This document shows, piece by piece, positions 12,334 to 26,260 of a DNA stretch of 64,000 bases. This stretch comes from Penicillus capitatus (lineage: Eukaryota; Plantae; Chlorophyta). Location: assembly GCA_965649825.1 (NCBI GenBank), contig OZ287694.1, forward strand, positions 371,197-435,196, given 5' to 3'. Under the pieces are notes generated by a model. It ran no database searches, had not been told where the DNA came from, and saw only the letters and a list, made by a program, of their open reading frames with translations. The stretch's first letter is position 1, and each line of letters begins with the position of its first letter. Made by a program: the position numbers and the translations under genes.

Positions 12334-15300
12334 CTCCGACTCCGTCGACGAGATGGAAACGGTGGCGGTTGAGTACTGGGAACGGAGGAACGTCTGCCGA
12401 GAGGGACGTCTCAGGCAGAAACGGAAAGAGGGTTTCAAAAGAGAGCGTGTGCTTAAGCGCAAAGGCGTTTGGTCTTTTGAATGATTGTGCGGACGAAAAG
12501 GTTATCTGCCCAATGTCTTTTCGCCCTATCTACTGCTAACTTGTGTACTGCACTTCTGCGTAGTGGTAGCGTTGGTACCGAGTAGGAAAGTGGAAGACAG
12601 CTGTCACCGTCACTGTCGCTTTTGAGAAGACAGTCCCACTTTTGCGTTCTTACAGTGACGGAGGAATGCGCCGGACTCGACGAAACGTTGAGACCGCAGA
12701 AGCGCGGCGCTCTGTCGGAAGGTCATCGTGAGGTGTTTGGGGTCACGCGTTCTGAATGCTCGCACGGCGCATGTTACAAGGCTCCCGCCTCTGCGTCTGT
12801 TGTGCAAGGACGAGAGAATGAATAGACAACAGCGAACTGGCTGTCAATTCTTACGAGGCCTTATAAACCCAAATCTGAGCAAGACCGAACGCTCCATTTA
12901 TGTATGCACAATGTAGACGAGCTGTTTAATTGACAAGTGCTGGTCCTCGTTTCTGGAGATCGTGCTTTTATTCTATGCTAACCCGAACCCGAGAAGAGGA
13001 AAGAGAGACATTGCTGTCTGAAATTGGTGGCTAATGGGCAGGAGCATCGCAACACGATGCAGTGCTAGAACATGTGATCTGACCCGACTAGATCTGACTT
13101 TGGCGACTGGCCTCGTCTTGATTGATGTCTTTTAATGGGATGTGGCTGCTCGCCTTCGCAGTCAAGCTCGAGCCCGTGTGTTAGCTGGTGTAGGATCTCC
13201 GGATCTCCGGCCGTCCATCGGAGAGAGAAGGTAACTCAGTCGACAGCCTAACGACGGCAAATGGGCCAGCCATTCACGAAAGAGAGATGACATTCACATG
13301 GAGGGGCCTTGGATCACGTCCAGTGATTTGGAGAGCCGCAACATCCACACATGCTGAGCTGACGCATCGGTAGAGGGCTGCTTGAGCGAAGTGCTACCAT
13401 AAGTGATAGCTGTATCGACCATGAACACAATTGCACGTTCAGCAGGATGGCAGAAGAGAGGAGGAGATTCGCTTAAGAGACTCCGTCAGTCTTCCGAGGA
13501 TTGTCCGATGACAGGGACGTTTGGATCCCTTACCTTCGCTGCCAACGAAAACGCATTAACGTTAGGAAACACGCATGTATGCGTTCGCATGCTGTCTCCG
13601 ATGATGTGACAGCTTCTGGCTACATGACGTTAGATCCGGTAAGTGACGTCATTTCCATACGCCGTAAATGTACGAGATGGACAGGATTGACGTGGAATTG
13701 ATAGGCATTGGCATTTAGAGGCGTCGTATCGCATGATGTGACAGCCACTTCTGAACGCATCCTCCGCTGAGGACTCTGACCGTTACATCGAGATGCTGAC
13801 GTCTGTCGACAAATACAACGTGATGGTACACATTATACAAGACAAAAAAGAATCCATCTACGACGCTTGCGATTTCTTCGCCCATCGCAGTCTAGGCTTT
13901 GCTTTAGGAGAATATAACGCAATCCTCGCCACTTGACGAGCCACACCTAGAGAAAACAGAAAACAAAGATCACCAACCTGCACTTATGTACTCACCGACC
14001 GTCGATCTGGTGACGATCTGGAATTCAATGTGTGGAAACAGGGTCTGCAAAGTCTTCGCCTACATTCCAGAAACGCAGATCTGCCGGCGAAGAACTATAG
14101 GTAATAAATGGCTCGCCATTTTGTATCGCTTGATAATGCGTTCCGAGCGAACGGCCATCTCTCCCTGAGCACAGGGACATTGTCACCATGGCATGTTTCC
14201 TTCAGTTCGTGTGCTCACCCGCATTTGCTTGATCACATGCTGTTCGTTGCTCATGATGAGAATACTATCCACTTGGCGCATGCGAGCCATGAACATCCCG
14301 AGAAGTATAGCTTCGTAGGATGCCTGATGACATGCAGAAATATGTCCATCGTTACGTGCGCCATACCTAGGCTGAGAATCACACGCGTGCACCTAGGTGT
14401 TTGCGTAGGTACCCTGTCAATCGGCCGTCTGGAAAGAAGAGCACCGCCCCTGCTCCGTAGGTATCCTTATCCCACCTGGCTCAACGGTGCCCATGCGTTT
14501 CATGCAGTGCGGCGTACCTGAAGCTTCCGTAGAAGTAGAGTCTGAAGCGACGCACTTCGATTCTGCCACACCACGACCACATGCGGCGCAGAAGTCCGGA
14601 GACGGTCGATGTCTACGGTGTTATGACACGGTGACGGACTTTCTGCACCGCTGAAAAAACGAACTGGATACAGTTCTTCATCATCTCTGCAGGGGGGCAG
14701 ACGTCCACCGCAGACGAACAGTCGCCGAAACGCGAGAGTCCGAGCAGGTCTCGAGTGACGCTCTGTTAGAGAATACAGGGTGAGTCACTCGACGGTGCCA
14801 CGTGTTTGCTTCATCTGTTGTGTCTGTCCTACAACAGGACGACCAGACCCCTCAAACGTCACATCAAGAGATCCCAGCACTTCTTGTCCTGCATGGAACA
14901 CGCAAGACAGCCAAACCGACACGTTGGCGCCACTCGATGCGAACAAGCCCGGCAGAAACCTGTGTGTTGATGCAGAGGCTGAAGGAAGTTGACTGCTTGA
15001 CTGCCTGGGGCTTCTCTACCGTAGAGACCCATTCGCACCCACAAACCCTGCGGCCACGGACTCCCTTCTGTAGGCAATGATGCCATATCAATGCAAAAGC
15101 AATTGCACGACACTTTTCCACGTTTGCCAATCCCTGACTTTGTTAGATAGACAGTCCATTGCACTGGAGAGTGGACAACATGCTTGTTCGCTGAAGAGTG
15201 ATACCTGGCGATGAAAAGAGTGTCCGCAGACATGCGAGAAATGATCGTGCTGGAAAGACACTCTGTACTGCAACCGGCGTTGCTGATCGCCCAGTTCGTC

Positions 15301-16244
15301 CTCCTTCGGAAGCGCTGCATTCCGAGCGATCATCGAACATGAGCGCTCACGGCGAAGAGATTTGGTAGCAGGCTGGGTGGGGGCTTCCAGACCTCTCGTG
15401 GAGACGAGATCTGGCAACTGCCATTTCATTCTATGACAACCGTCACATCAGAGTAGATGGTGCCCTGACGAATACCTCGACAAAGTCCAGATCAAGGAAG
15501 GCAGGAAGGACAGGTAGAATACGATAGCCACTTTCTCCCGTTGCCAGTAGATGTGTTGTGCCCAGTGGCGAATCTTCCAGACATGGGCAATATCCACCAA
15601 GTCATGCGTTCATGACGCGACAGAGTAACTGAGCCAGCAGCACGTTGAGTAGCGATGACCACATGCTGTCGAATCATTCTATCTGCACGAGTACTGAGTT
15701 GACTGGCACGTTATGGGAAAGGGATGATGAGAATTGCAGAGAATCAGAAGTCTTCCTTCACAGATTTCCGAAAGAATGCTGGCAGCATTACGGGGTCCCA
15801 TCATGAGGTGAGTTGAGCGACCGTTTGAATGGGCATATTGTCATTCAAAGAACTGTCATAGATGATTACATGTTTAAGATTACGCGTTTTCCCCGAAAAA
15901 AACATTATTAGAATCCACTTCATCAGCTGATGGAACGCGTTCAATCTGATGTGACCCGACAGTGAACACTACTGCATTGAAGGCGAAAGAAAAGGACGGA
16001 CAGGATGGATGGAACTTCAGTCCTCTTTGCCTCGCTGCCTCGACTGTCGCGATTTCATCGACATCGCCAGTTAAGAACGAAGACGGTTTGCCGACGACGA
16101 TTTCGCCAGTCTATCCGTGTCGCGTCTGGCCGTCGAGAGAACAGGACGCATCTGTCTTTTCGATGGACGAGGCAATCATCTGATGATGATCCTCGAAACG
16201 AAACGGATCATTCTGCAACGTTTCTTTCTGCGTTCTACGTCTAC

Positions 16245-19200
16245 ATGATGCGAAACTTTCTTCCCTGTCTCAAGCTTTGTCTGCTCTGCTGCGCCCTTGC
16301 GCAGAGAGTCGGACTTACTTGCGCTGTTCAACGCGCGTTGCTGCGTTCGTCAGACGCAGTTTCTGCAGCCGACGGTTCTCCTCCGCGAGCTGCGTCGCAT
16401 CTCTCCAGCGGTGCTGTGTTGCATTTTAGGCTACACGGAAGACAAACTGCCGCCCACACCGTCTGAAACGCCAGCCGACCTCACCGCAAAGCATCCTCAA
16501 TACGTAAGCCACGAATTCGCCTGTCTCCATTCGACGGCGAAGGCGTAAACCATTCCGTCTTTTCTCTCCGTAGACGGCAAAAGAGGAGCGCGCCCCGCCA
16601 GTTTACAGCACATTTAATCAAGGAATCACTACAGGTTCGACTTTTCTTGTCCATTGCACTGAACGCTGAGTTCTGACGATGTTTAAACTTGTCAGGGTTC
16701 GCATGTGCTTTGACGCGAGAAGACAAGGAAAAATATACCACAATGGACGGCCAGACATGGCTCGTCGACGACGGTGTCCTTGGACAAATTGACAACGACC
16801 TGCAGATGCTCGTCAACTGCACAAAGCAAGGCGATGTACTCGCGTTCAACGTGACAGGCGTCGTGCGTCCATCGTCGCCTGTCACCATTCCATGGCAACT
16901 GACCCTCACCACCCAAGTCAGCGGCGTCGACTCCAAAGACGCCGTCTCCCAAAGTTCAACCGCAAAGACAAGATTTACATGTCCTCATAAGAACACGGGA
17001 CTCTTTCTCGTTCAGTAAGACGAACTCGTCTGAGATCGTCATTCTTTCTCTTCTCCCATAGGTCCGGAAACATCACCTTCTCTAACCTTGTCTTCGAGAA
17101 GTGCACATTCGAGAGTGCTAGCAGTGAGGCCCAATCGCTTATAGAAGTCGCATCCTGTAACAGTCGGAATGCATCTGGCCTCGTAACTCTGCGGCACGTC
17201 GCCTTTCGGAAGAACAGACTGATTGGAGCCTCGGCACTTCGAATGTCTTCCCCGTCGTGTTCAGAACTGAAAATGGTTGAGGCGGAGATCTCGGAGAACG
17301 TCTGTTCGGGCGAGGCTTGCGGAGTTTACATCGGAAAGCAAGCCCGGTTGGAAGACTGCACTGTATTCGGGAACACGGTAGACAAAGCCAACGCCCGACA
17401 GTCGTCGTCCCTGATCTATGGCGAAACCTCATCCACCACGACGATCCAAGCTTTCAAGGCTACGGAAAACTACCTAACCGTCATCCAGATCAATGACGGC
17501 TCCCTTTCAGTGACGAAGACGACGTTTAGCCAGAATTCTCTCGATCCAAGTATCGCCGAAGAAATGAACAGTCCATGCTTTCACTTGGTCAAATCATCTG
17601 CCCAAATCAAGGACAGCATGTTTGTTGCAAACGAAGGCTTCAGAGGAGCAGCAATCTTTGCTGATCAGACAAGTATTTCCGTGCTCAACTCAACCTTCAA
17701 CAATAATGCCGGCTTCGAGAATGGTGGATGCATCTACCTGGCAAGCTCAACAGCGAGCGGCAAGCATATAAACGCATCCAGCAATAGCGCAGAGATACGC
17801 GGAGGATTCATGTTGGTGACAAACTCGACGGTGGTGCTCGACGACACGAACGCGGCCAACAATCGTGCACAAGAGCGGGGCGGATTTATAAGCGTCGAAA
17901 ACTCAAACATGACACTCCAGCGCACAAAAGCGACGGCCAACGGTGCAGGAATGTACGGCGGATTCATGTCAGTGTGGGACTCGAGAGTAAAGCTGGAGGA
18001 TACGAACGCAGTGAACAACAGTGCACAAGTGCGTGGTGGTTTCGCACATATGGAGCAGTCGACTGCAACGCTCAAGCACACCATCGGGACATCCAATAGT
18101 GCGGGAGACCTTGGCGGTTTTGTGTTTGTGTGGAACTCGACGGTGAAGCTGGAGAATACGCACGCGCTGAAGAACAGTGCACAATCACGTGGCGGCTTTG
18201 CGTACATTGAGCAGTCGATTGCAACGCTCGAGCGCACCAACGGGACATCCAACAACGCAGGAGACATTGGCGGCTTCATGTTTATGGCGAACTCGAGAGT
18301 GAAGCTGGAGGATACAAACGCGCTGAACAACAGTGCACAAGCGCGTGGTGGTTTCGCGTTCATCGAGAACTCGAATGCGACACTCGAGCGCACCGACGGC
18401 ACATCCAATAGCGCAGGAGACATTGGCGGCTTCATGTTTACGTGGAACTCAAGGGTGAAGCTGGAGGATACAAACGCGCTGAAGAACAGTGCACAAGCGC
18501 GTGGTGGTTTCGCACACATTGAGCAGTCGACTGCAACGCTCAAGCACACCAACGGGACGTCCAATAGCGCAGGAGACCTTGGCGGCTTCATGTTCGCGTG
18601 GAACTCGAGAGTGAAGCTGGAGGATACGAACGCAGTGAACAACAGCGCAGAAGCCCGTGGTGGTTTCGCCTACATTGAGAACTCGAATGCAACGCTCGAG
18701 CGCACCAACGGGACATCCAATACAGCAGGGGACATTGGCGGCTTCATGTTTACGTGGAGCTCGAGCGTGAAGCTGGAGGATACGAACGCGCTGAACAACA
18801 GTGCACAAGCGCGTGGTGGTTTCGCACACATTGAACAGTCGACTGCAACGCTCAAGCACACCAACGGGACATCCAATAGCGCAGGAGACCTTGGCGGATT
18901 TATGTTCGCGTGGAACTCGACGGTGAAGCTGGAGGATGTGAACGCAGTGAACAACAGTGCACAAGAGCGTGGCGGTTTTGCACACATTGAGCAGTCGACT
19001 GCAACGCTCAAGCGCACCAACGGGACATCCAATAACGCAGGAGACCTTGGCGGCTTCATGTTTGCATGGAGCTCGAGAGTAACAGTGGAGCACACCACCG
19101 ATATCAACAGCAAATCCAACCATGGAGGCTTTATCTGGACAGGGAATTCGAGTCTGGACATCTCGCAATCACGATTCCTTCGCGGCTCCGCGAACGTTTC

Positions 19201-22200
19201 TGGTGGTTTTGCTGCGGCAAGTGAAAACAGCTCGATCCTTATCGTTGACTCAGCGGTTGAACGAGCAAAATCCAGAAACGGTGGAGCAATCTGGTTAAAG
19301 AAGTCTCACTTGGTAGCGCGAAATCTCTCCATTCTTTATGGCCAAGCGGACGAAAGCGGTGGTGGTGTGTATGGCTTTGAGTCATCAACTGTCCTCTGTT
19401 CAAACTGTAGTCTTAACTACAACTCGGCTGAGGGAGGTAACGGCGGTGCAATTTTTATTGATGCTGGCTTGGAACAGAGTCTGACTCTGCAATTAGTCCA
19501 AAGCCACGTTGAGAACAACGTGGCGAGGATGGGAGGTACGCACTCGTGTTTTAGTACAACTGTCAACGATATGTATGTGCAGGTGGACTCTTCTTCGACT
19601 GCAGCGAAAGCGTAGAAGAATGCCTCGCCAACAGCGCCGACTGTCCCGTCATGGCTTTGGTGGAAACACAGTTCTCGAACAACGAAGCCAGCATCGCGGG
19701 AGGAGCGGTCTTCGCTGGATACTCAGAAGCCATCCATTTGCGTTGCACCGACGCTTCGTCAGACGCAGGACTAGACTTCTACAGGGAGCAAGAGTGGAAA
19801 GACCTGAGGCAAGTCGAATCGGACAAGGACATCTGCTCGTCGTGGAAAGGCAATCGAGCCGAGGTATATGGACAGGATATCGCGACGTATGCCTCAGCTG
19901 CACAGATGACGCTTGACGATGCCAACAAGACCGTCTGCGTGAGCGGAGGAGAGAACTGTGTGATCGACGGATACCAAATTGGCACAGATCTGCCGACGGC
20001 GACGGTGAAGCTGCTCGACGGACTGGGGCAGATAACTGCAACAATCCACCGCCAAATCAATGCTAACATGTACTCGTCGAATAGTCAATTCTTGGTTTGG
20101 CCAATTCTTCTGCCGATGGAGAATGGATCCTGTACATTTCAATCCATCAGAGGCTTCGTACCTCCGGGAGAGTACAGCTTGATCGTCGAATTTGACAGAG
20201 AGGCGATCAAGGACGTCGGGATTACCGTGAGAGTCCACAACTGTTCCGTCGGCGAGTTTGTGTCGAACGCTGGATTCTGTGAGAGCTGCAGCGGCACAAC
20301 GTACAATTTCCTCCTTTCAGCGACCGTTTGCCATCCCTGTCCAGAGAATGGGAACTGCGAATCTCGGGTGATCACACCAGAAGACGGCTACTGGCTAAAG
20401 ACGCCGTGTTCCGATAATCTTCACAGATGTCTACCGACCTCTGCCTGCGAGTCTCAAGGCCGTTCCGAAAAGTTGAAGACCATGGTCGAAGATGTCACGA
20501 GCTGTGATCTCGAGGAAGAATGGATCGAAGAGTACACACAGTCTCAGTGCGCCGAAGTAAGCTGCTTTCATGATTCTTCAGATGGTTAAATCATCTCTCT
20601 TCGAAAGGGTCACACGGGCTCACTCTGTGGATCCTGCGAAGAAGCTTTCGGATCTGGTCTGTCGTTCGAATGCAGACGGTGTCTCAAGGGCTTTATCAAT
20701 GTGGCCTATATTCTGACGTCAGCGGCAATACTGTTGGGAATCACAGGCACCACAATTCAAGGCACGGTCGGCGCTCTGCGCGGAGGCATCGCACAGACTC
20801 GCAGCCTGAGGACAGCGTCTTCATCGACGGAAATCGTCATTGAATCGCCACGTCTGCGAACTGAAGTGGGCGTAAAAGACATCATCAGTGCGTCTACCCA
20901 ACGAGTACGCTGTAGGTCCAAGCTGTCGGGGTGCCTGCTTCTGAGAAAACTTTGGCCAAGTGGAAGGCCGTCGAGATGCTCAAGGTGGAAGTCAATCTGT
21001 TCATCTGTCGCTGAACTCGTTGTCTCGTAGATCACTTTGAGCTACGTCCAAACGACTGTTCTTCTGGCTTCTCTTGACGTCGGATGGGCGATTCCTGTGA
21101 TCGTTATGGCAGAAGCGGCAGGTGAGGCCAGAATCGCGTGAGTTTCTGCTTGCTAACTGTCATACTGCTGCTGTCAGAATTGCTCGGAGGTCTTGCGACG
21201 GATGGCATTCGACGATCCGTCGTATGTCTGACAACGAAAGACCTGTCCTTGCATCCGACGGCTCTGGCGCTCGTCGTCGGCGTGTGCATCGTCCCCTGCT
21301 CCGTGCTTCTTTGCTGGATCGTGTTCTGGGCGGCCAAATCGGTGAAATCTGGAAGCGATGGTCTTCGCCGCTACCTGTCGAAGAGATCTGTGCTTTCGGC
21401 GATGGTCATATGGTATGTCACACTCGTGCCGGTGCTGAAGACCGCATTGAGCGTCTTCCTATGCATCGACGTACACGACTTGACAGACTTCGCTGAGGTC
21501 GATGTAACTCACATGTACTGGGCCGTCGACACAAGCATGAAGTGCTACGAAGGAGACCACGGAAAACTCGTCTATGGAGTGGTTGTTGCGTTTGTGTGTC
21601 CAGTTTATGGTGGATTACTAGCGCTCTTCGTTTTCTTCCTCAAACGTCCACCCCAGCACCTCACCCACAGAGCTGGCTGGGCGTACCAGACGACGGGATT
21701 TCTTTACCGATCTTACAGAATGGATCGCCGTCGATACTGGGAAGTCGCCATCGTCGCGAGGAAGGCCATCATTGCTTTTCTGGTGTTCTGCGCCCACCTG
21801 TTCGACAGCGGACTGCCGATCACCGGCGTCGCATGTGTCATCATGCTTGCCATCCTGGCTCAGATTCTGGCAATGCCGTTCCGCGAAGACTTCAAAGACC
21901 TGAATGGAATGGAACTGGCGTCTCTTTTCGTGTCGGTGGCGACGTCGTTGGCAGCTGTCATGCTCAAAGACGAGAGCTACCCTGAAGACTTCACTCGTGT
22001 GTTGCTCACGGTCGCGTGTGCTTTGCTGAATGTCGTTGCGTTCTGCGTCTTTGTTTTCTACATTCTCAAGTTTGCAGCTGAATACCTGAAGTATAAGTTG
22101 AGTGAGCGAGATGAGCTCTTTGCACCCGATGCTGGCATGTTCCGCGTTCTGGCGCACTGGGTCAGTTACGAAGTCAGACATTTGATTGGCAAGTTGTGCC

Positions 22201-22247
22201 GTGCTTCTAAAGACCCAGAGATCGCCGAGCAATCGGTCGATGCCTGA
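16245..22247 (+). CDS. Receptor-like gene C (multi-exon): close paralog of A in opposite orientation, with a tandemly expanded beta-helix
   Basis: Signal-like MMRNFLPCLKLCLLCCALA. Same intron positions as gene A. ORFs 16689-17018, 17243-19615, 19651-20589, 20701-21030 and 21138-22247 join through GT-AG introns with no exonic stop that I could find. Confidence 0.85.
17957..19048 (+). repeat. Coding tandem array of 7 x 156 bp (52 aa = two alternating 26-aa GGF rungs) in gene C
   Basis: Unit about GGFMFAWNSRVKLEDTNALNNSAQAR-GGFAHIEQSTATLKHTNGTSNSAGDL. The first GGC is at 17957 and the next half-unit starts at 19049 = 17957 + 7x156. Confidence 0.95.
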
Positions 22248-23806
22248 ACAATCTATCTCTTGGTTAAACAGTGTTTTTTCATTTCCAAGCTGAGCTCGTA
22301 AACCGGGCTCATCATTCTAAGCTGTGACGGGACTTTCCATCCTTTTCTCTGTCGAGTAGAGTGACAAGCAGATTGTACCTGATAGAGTGAGCAATGCGCT
22401 TTCTCTGTGACAGTTTGTAACTATGTGACGTGACGAAAACGCTGCACCTCTCGCCTTTCTTTCGCAAAATCGAACAGTGCGAGCTTTACATCGTCCGAGC
22501 AAGGCAATGTGAGGCTCGACATCAATATTATGTATTGGCAGGGTGATACGACTTGCTAGGCAGTTGAGTCACCGCGCACGTAGAGCTAGAGAATTGAGGG
22601 CCCTCTTCGCAGTCCATGAACCCCTTCTCCCAGGGCACGCTCTCGACCATCTGAAAAGGTGGCCCCTTACCTCTTCTTTTTGGGTTCCGACCAGCGACGA
22701 GAGTTAGAAATAAGTCATTGTTTGTCGCATCAAGGCCGATGACATCCGAGACGGCATAGAGCATGAGCACGTGCAATTTATCATCTTCACACACATGGTC
22801 TAAACAAAGGAACTTAGTGAATGATGGATAATGGATTGCCTCATCCTAGGTGTCATTTCTGAAGAGCTTTTGCAAATAGCATTTGGGTGTTATTCGTGAC
22901 TCTTGCTGAATCTTCATTTATCTGTTTGTTACTTGAATGCGTCGACCGAAATCGAAGGACAACAATCTGCGCATTTTCAGACCATGAGTAGCAGTATCAA
23001 AAGCAGATCGTTAGAAAGTATTTAAACAACCGAACACAACCGAAAGGTCAAGTAGAAAGAAAGAGCAGCTTCATGCGAGCGGATCAGTGACGATTCTTGC
23101 CTTCTCGACAAGGTTTTTCGGACAGCGAATATGAGTACCGTCACCGCTGCGCAAGACAATCATTGTTCGCATCGCGCTATCGTGTGCAACGATCTGCGTC
23201 CACCTGAGGAGTACGATTTATTGCGTCCGATCCGACCGAGCTGTAGCCAGAAATCGTCTGGGTGGCACTATGCGTCGTTATCTCAGTTTGCTTCGAATGT
23301 TGCTGTTTATGGGAGAGTCGAGCATTCTTGTAACCTGTGTGTTATTCCGGCAACATCCCGAAACCCTTGACATCCCTACGAGACCATACAAACTAAAATT
23401 TCCTCGCTAAGGTAGTCAATGTTACCTCGGAACGAAATGATGAAAGATCATCAGCATAATTATCATGAACGGAATACGTAAGTAGACAAAAAGAAGCAAA
23501 TTCCGATGACTCTCTAGATTTCGTCATATCACAACTGGCCGTTTCTGTTCAGAACCTTGTCCACAGCCGTACGGCAAAGCCGATTGCTGGATGTGACTGT
23601 TCGTATGCGACACTTGGCGCGTCAGTCATCGATTGACACTAACGACGCTAACGACGCTAACGATTCCACATTGCGCGATGCTTTGTTGGCTAGCTAAAGA
23701 ATCATAAGGATGACCCTGGATCGAATCCATTCAAAACACTCTGGTCGTAGTAGCGATGATGCGGACTGTCCGTTCATGTTCGGTCGTTCTCGACATGCTG
23801 GTGTAT

Positions 23807-24385
23807 TCAGTCAGTATACTGCTCTATGACAGCAATAAAACTCCGAGGATCGTGTCTGATCTCCATCACTGGGAACACCGGCTGTCCCACTCCGACGATT
23901 CCATCATCCTTAGTCGCACTTGGGGGAGTCGTCCCAGTAGAAACAACTGGCCCAGCTTCCACAACAGGATTCTGAACAACTCTATCGGGAAGCAGGACAG
24001 ACTCTACTGCCTCCTCAGACTCTACTGCCTCCTCAGACTCTACTGCCTCCTCAGACTCTACTGCCTCCTCAGATGCTATCGAAGCAGCAGCATCCAAGGC
24101 TGGGACCGATTCAAGAGCTTGATCTGAGGATATTCCCACTACCTCTTCCAGATCTCCTGCTTCATCCAGTCCCATCGTATCATCCAAAGACACAGCTTCG
24201 ACGCCAATGACATCCACTGCCGATACAGATCCCGTAACCAGCTCTGCATTCAAAGCGGCCGAATCTACGATCTGTTTTCTCTCGGCAGTGCAGAGCCGAC
24301 CCCCAACATCTCCAGCCGCTCTTGCAGACGTAACAACAGTATCACATGCAGCGATGTCTTTGTCTGGACTCATCAACGATTCCAC
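23807..24385 (-). CDS. Acidic low-complexity ORF of unknown function, possibly an exon of a larger gene at about 22.4-25.1 kb
   Basis: 192-aa D/E/S/V-rich ORF containing (EEAVES)x4. No recognisable domain. Confidence 0.3.
   Translation of the reverse strand: MESLMSPDKDIAACDTVVTSARAAGDVGGRLCTAERKQIVDSAALNAELVTGSVSAVDVIGVEAVSLDDTMGLDEAGDLEEVVGISSDQALESVPALDAAASIASEEAVESEEAVESEEAVESEEAVESVLLPDRVVQNPVVEAGPVVSTGTTPPSATKDDGIVGVGQPVFPVMEIRHDPRSFIAVIEQYTD
23999..24070. repeat. Perfect 18-bp tandem repeat x4
   Basis: AGACTCTACTGCCTCCTC x4. Confidence 0.95.
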
Positions 24386-25714
24386 AGACTCTACAGATGA
24401 TAGTAGAATTCACAGAATGGCAAGCAAGCGTGTCTGCGTCGGTACCCTCTTCAAAGGATACCATCGACATGGGACCGTCCGCCTCTTCTGATACATCTCT
24501 TGATATACAGCCACGCCCGCCGCATGCTTTCATCAAAGACCTACCCGTTTCCGAGTCCCGCAGTGATTCGACCTTCACATTTACAGCGTCTGTTTCGAGG
24601 AAACGGAACGGTGCCTTTCTGTCGCCCAAGCACCTGCACTACAACCAACAACACGTCATCGAAGCAACCTTGGACAAAGATGCGAATTACGTAGAGGGGT
24701 TGATGTAACGCACAGAATAGCGTATATCCCCTGCGAAGCACTCAATGTTAAACGGTAGCGTCTGCAGGTGAGAATACCAGCAAAGAGATTGTATTAGTGG
24801 CTGTCTTCACCGAATCGATCATCGAGCGACTATCAGTTCAGAGAACTTTGATTGTCCGTATGCCAAGACCGAACAAACGCCTTTCGGCTCTGACGTACGT
24901 TTCTTTAAGTCGGCGCATGAACGGATATGCGTGATGCGTACGTGTGAATAAATAGATCGAACCTCCGCATAAAGGGCCTAGCGAGTTTTACTGAACGGGG
25001 TGACGGTTGTCCTCCAAAGCTATCAAAGAGACACGACGTGTACGTGAACAACGAAGATGGAGAGGCGAACGACGAGAGGCATTTTTCAGACAATCACTTT
25101 CGAACGCGTCTCCCTTGTCAAAGAGAAGACAATGTAGCGAAGCTCTTCCGTCTTTGTGAGTGCGATCGATGGACGAACAGAAAAAAAGCGAAAGCTGATG
25201 TGGCACGTCGTGCGTTTCTTGTCAGGTTACGTCTGTACAACGCTTAACAATGTGCGCGGCTAATGCATGCTTACCAATGCGCAGAACTTACGGTAAGATC
25301 TGTTCACGATTCCTCCAAATGTCATCAAGTATCCTTAGCACCAGAGATATAGACTGCGTTCTTTCCCGTAAAGAATCCAGCAAGATTGGAAGAGAAGGAA
25401 GGCTGAAATGGATCGTTTTATCTACAGCGCGCGATCTGTTGCAGCCATCAGCAGGAACAACATTGACAAATAAATGCATTAGAGCCATCATCGTTTCGAG
25501 AGATTGCGCTAAAGACCATCGATAGGACGATCGTCTTACAGCGTTCAAGAAATCATTGCTGTGTGCATGTGGTGTTTTGCCCCCGCGAAGATGGATTCGA
25601 ACTCATGTGGTTTAAAAGTACCCCGCCCTTCTTTAAAACAACTACCGTCCGTGAAAGGTTCCTCCTTCACGTGGTGGCGTCATTCGCTACATTCTTTTTC
25701 GCCTTTCGACCCTC

Positions 25715-26260
25715 TCACCTCAGCATTTCAAGTCTGCGTTCGGACACCATGATAGCAATCTCACAAAATACACGCAGAAAACTGAAAGACTTTGCATCAC
25801 TCGTTTTTTCGATTTCGAGCACGATGCGCGTAAAATGCAACGTTGCGCGCAAAAAGGTGTCAACAAGAGCAGAGAGCATGCCACAGATCAGTATGAAAAA
25901 CACTACAAATAGAAAAAAATGCCGTCTTTGACGCGAACGTCGTTAAGAAGAGCGCCAAGACGAGGACGATGTTCGACACGCATAAGGAAGCTTTTTCGAA
26001 CATGTTCAGCGAACGGAACTCCTCGTGGAAGGGGTGAATAACAGTGTGAACGTATAAGGCTGTCATCAGAACGCAGACGGCGACAATGCTCTGGAGATTG
26101 GCTCCCAGATGATATCCAAACGCCACGACGTTCGTCAGCAACGCTTTTCGCAACATCGTCAGCGATTCCCATCCAGTAAACGAACCTATGGAATAATCCC
26201 GACAGAAAAACACGGTCCCCTTGATGAACAAGCCTCGGTTGACGCGATGTCGACTTGTGC
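25715..26260 (-). pseudogene. Degenerate fragment of the TM C-terminus of a gene-B-like receptor
   Basis: WESLTMLRKALLTNVVAFGYHLGANLQSIVAVCVLMTALYVHTVIHPF closely matches gene B (WESIIMLRKALLTIVVAFGYHLGANLQAVIAVC). It is frameshifted near 25900 and no intact upstream exons are visible. Confidence 0.8.

Noticed and set aside
15088-15429. HVCGHSFH as a Vps11-like RING finger
   Set aside because: The other Cys ligands are absent. The 12.9-16 kb region has only short ORFs with no supportable identity.
16180-16215. CTGATGA followed by a hairpin as another hammerhead
   Set aside because: The hairpin (TGATCC/GGATCA) is not followed by GAAA, and there is no stem III or NUH site. It lies in the gene C promoter.
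16546-16548. Apparent nonsense TAA in gene C exon 2
   Set aside because: It lies within a GTAAGC...CCGTAG intron (about 16504-16572). Splice phases restore the frame in A, C and D.
17734-19168. Long repetitive minus-strand ORFs (and similar ORFs antisense to genes A and B)
   Set aside because: They are shadows of the repetitive, GC-rich sense coding sequence.
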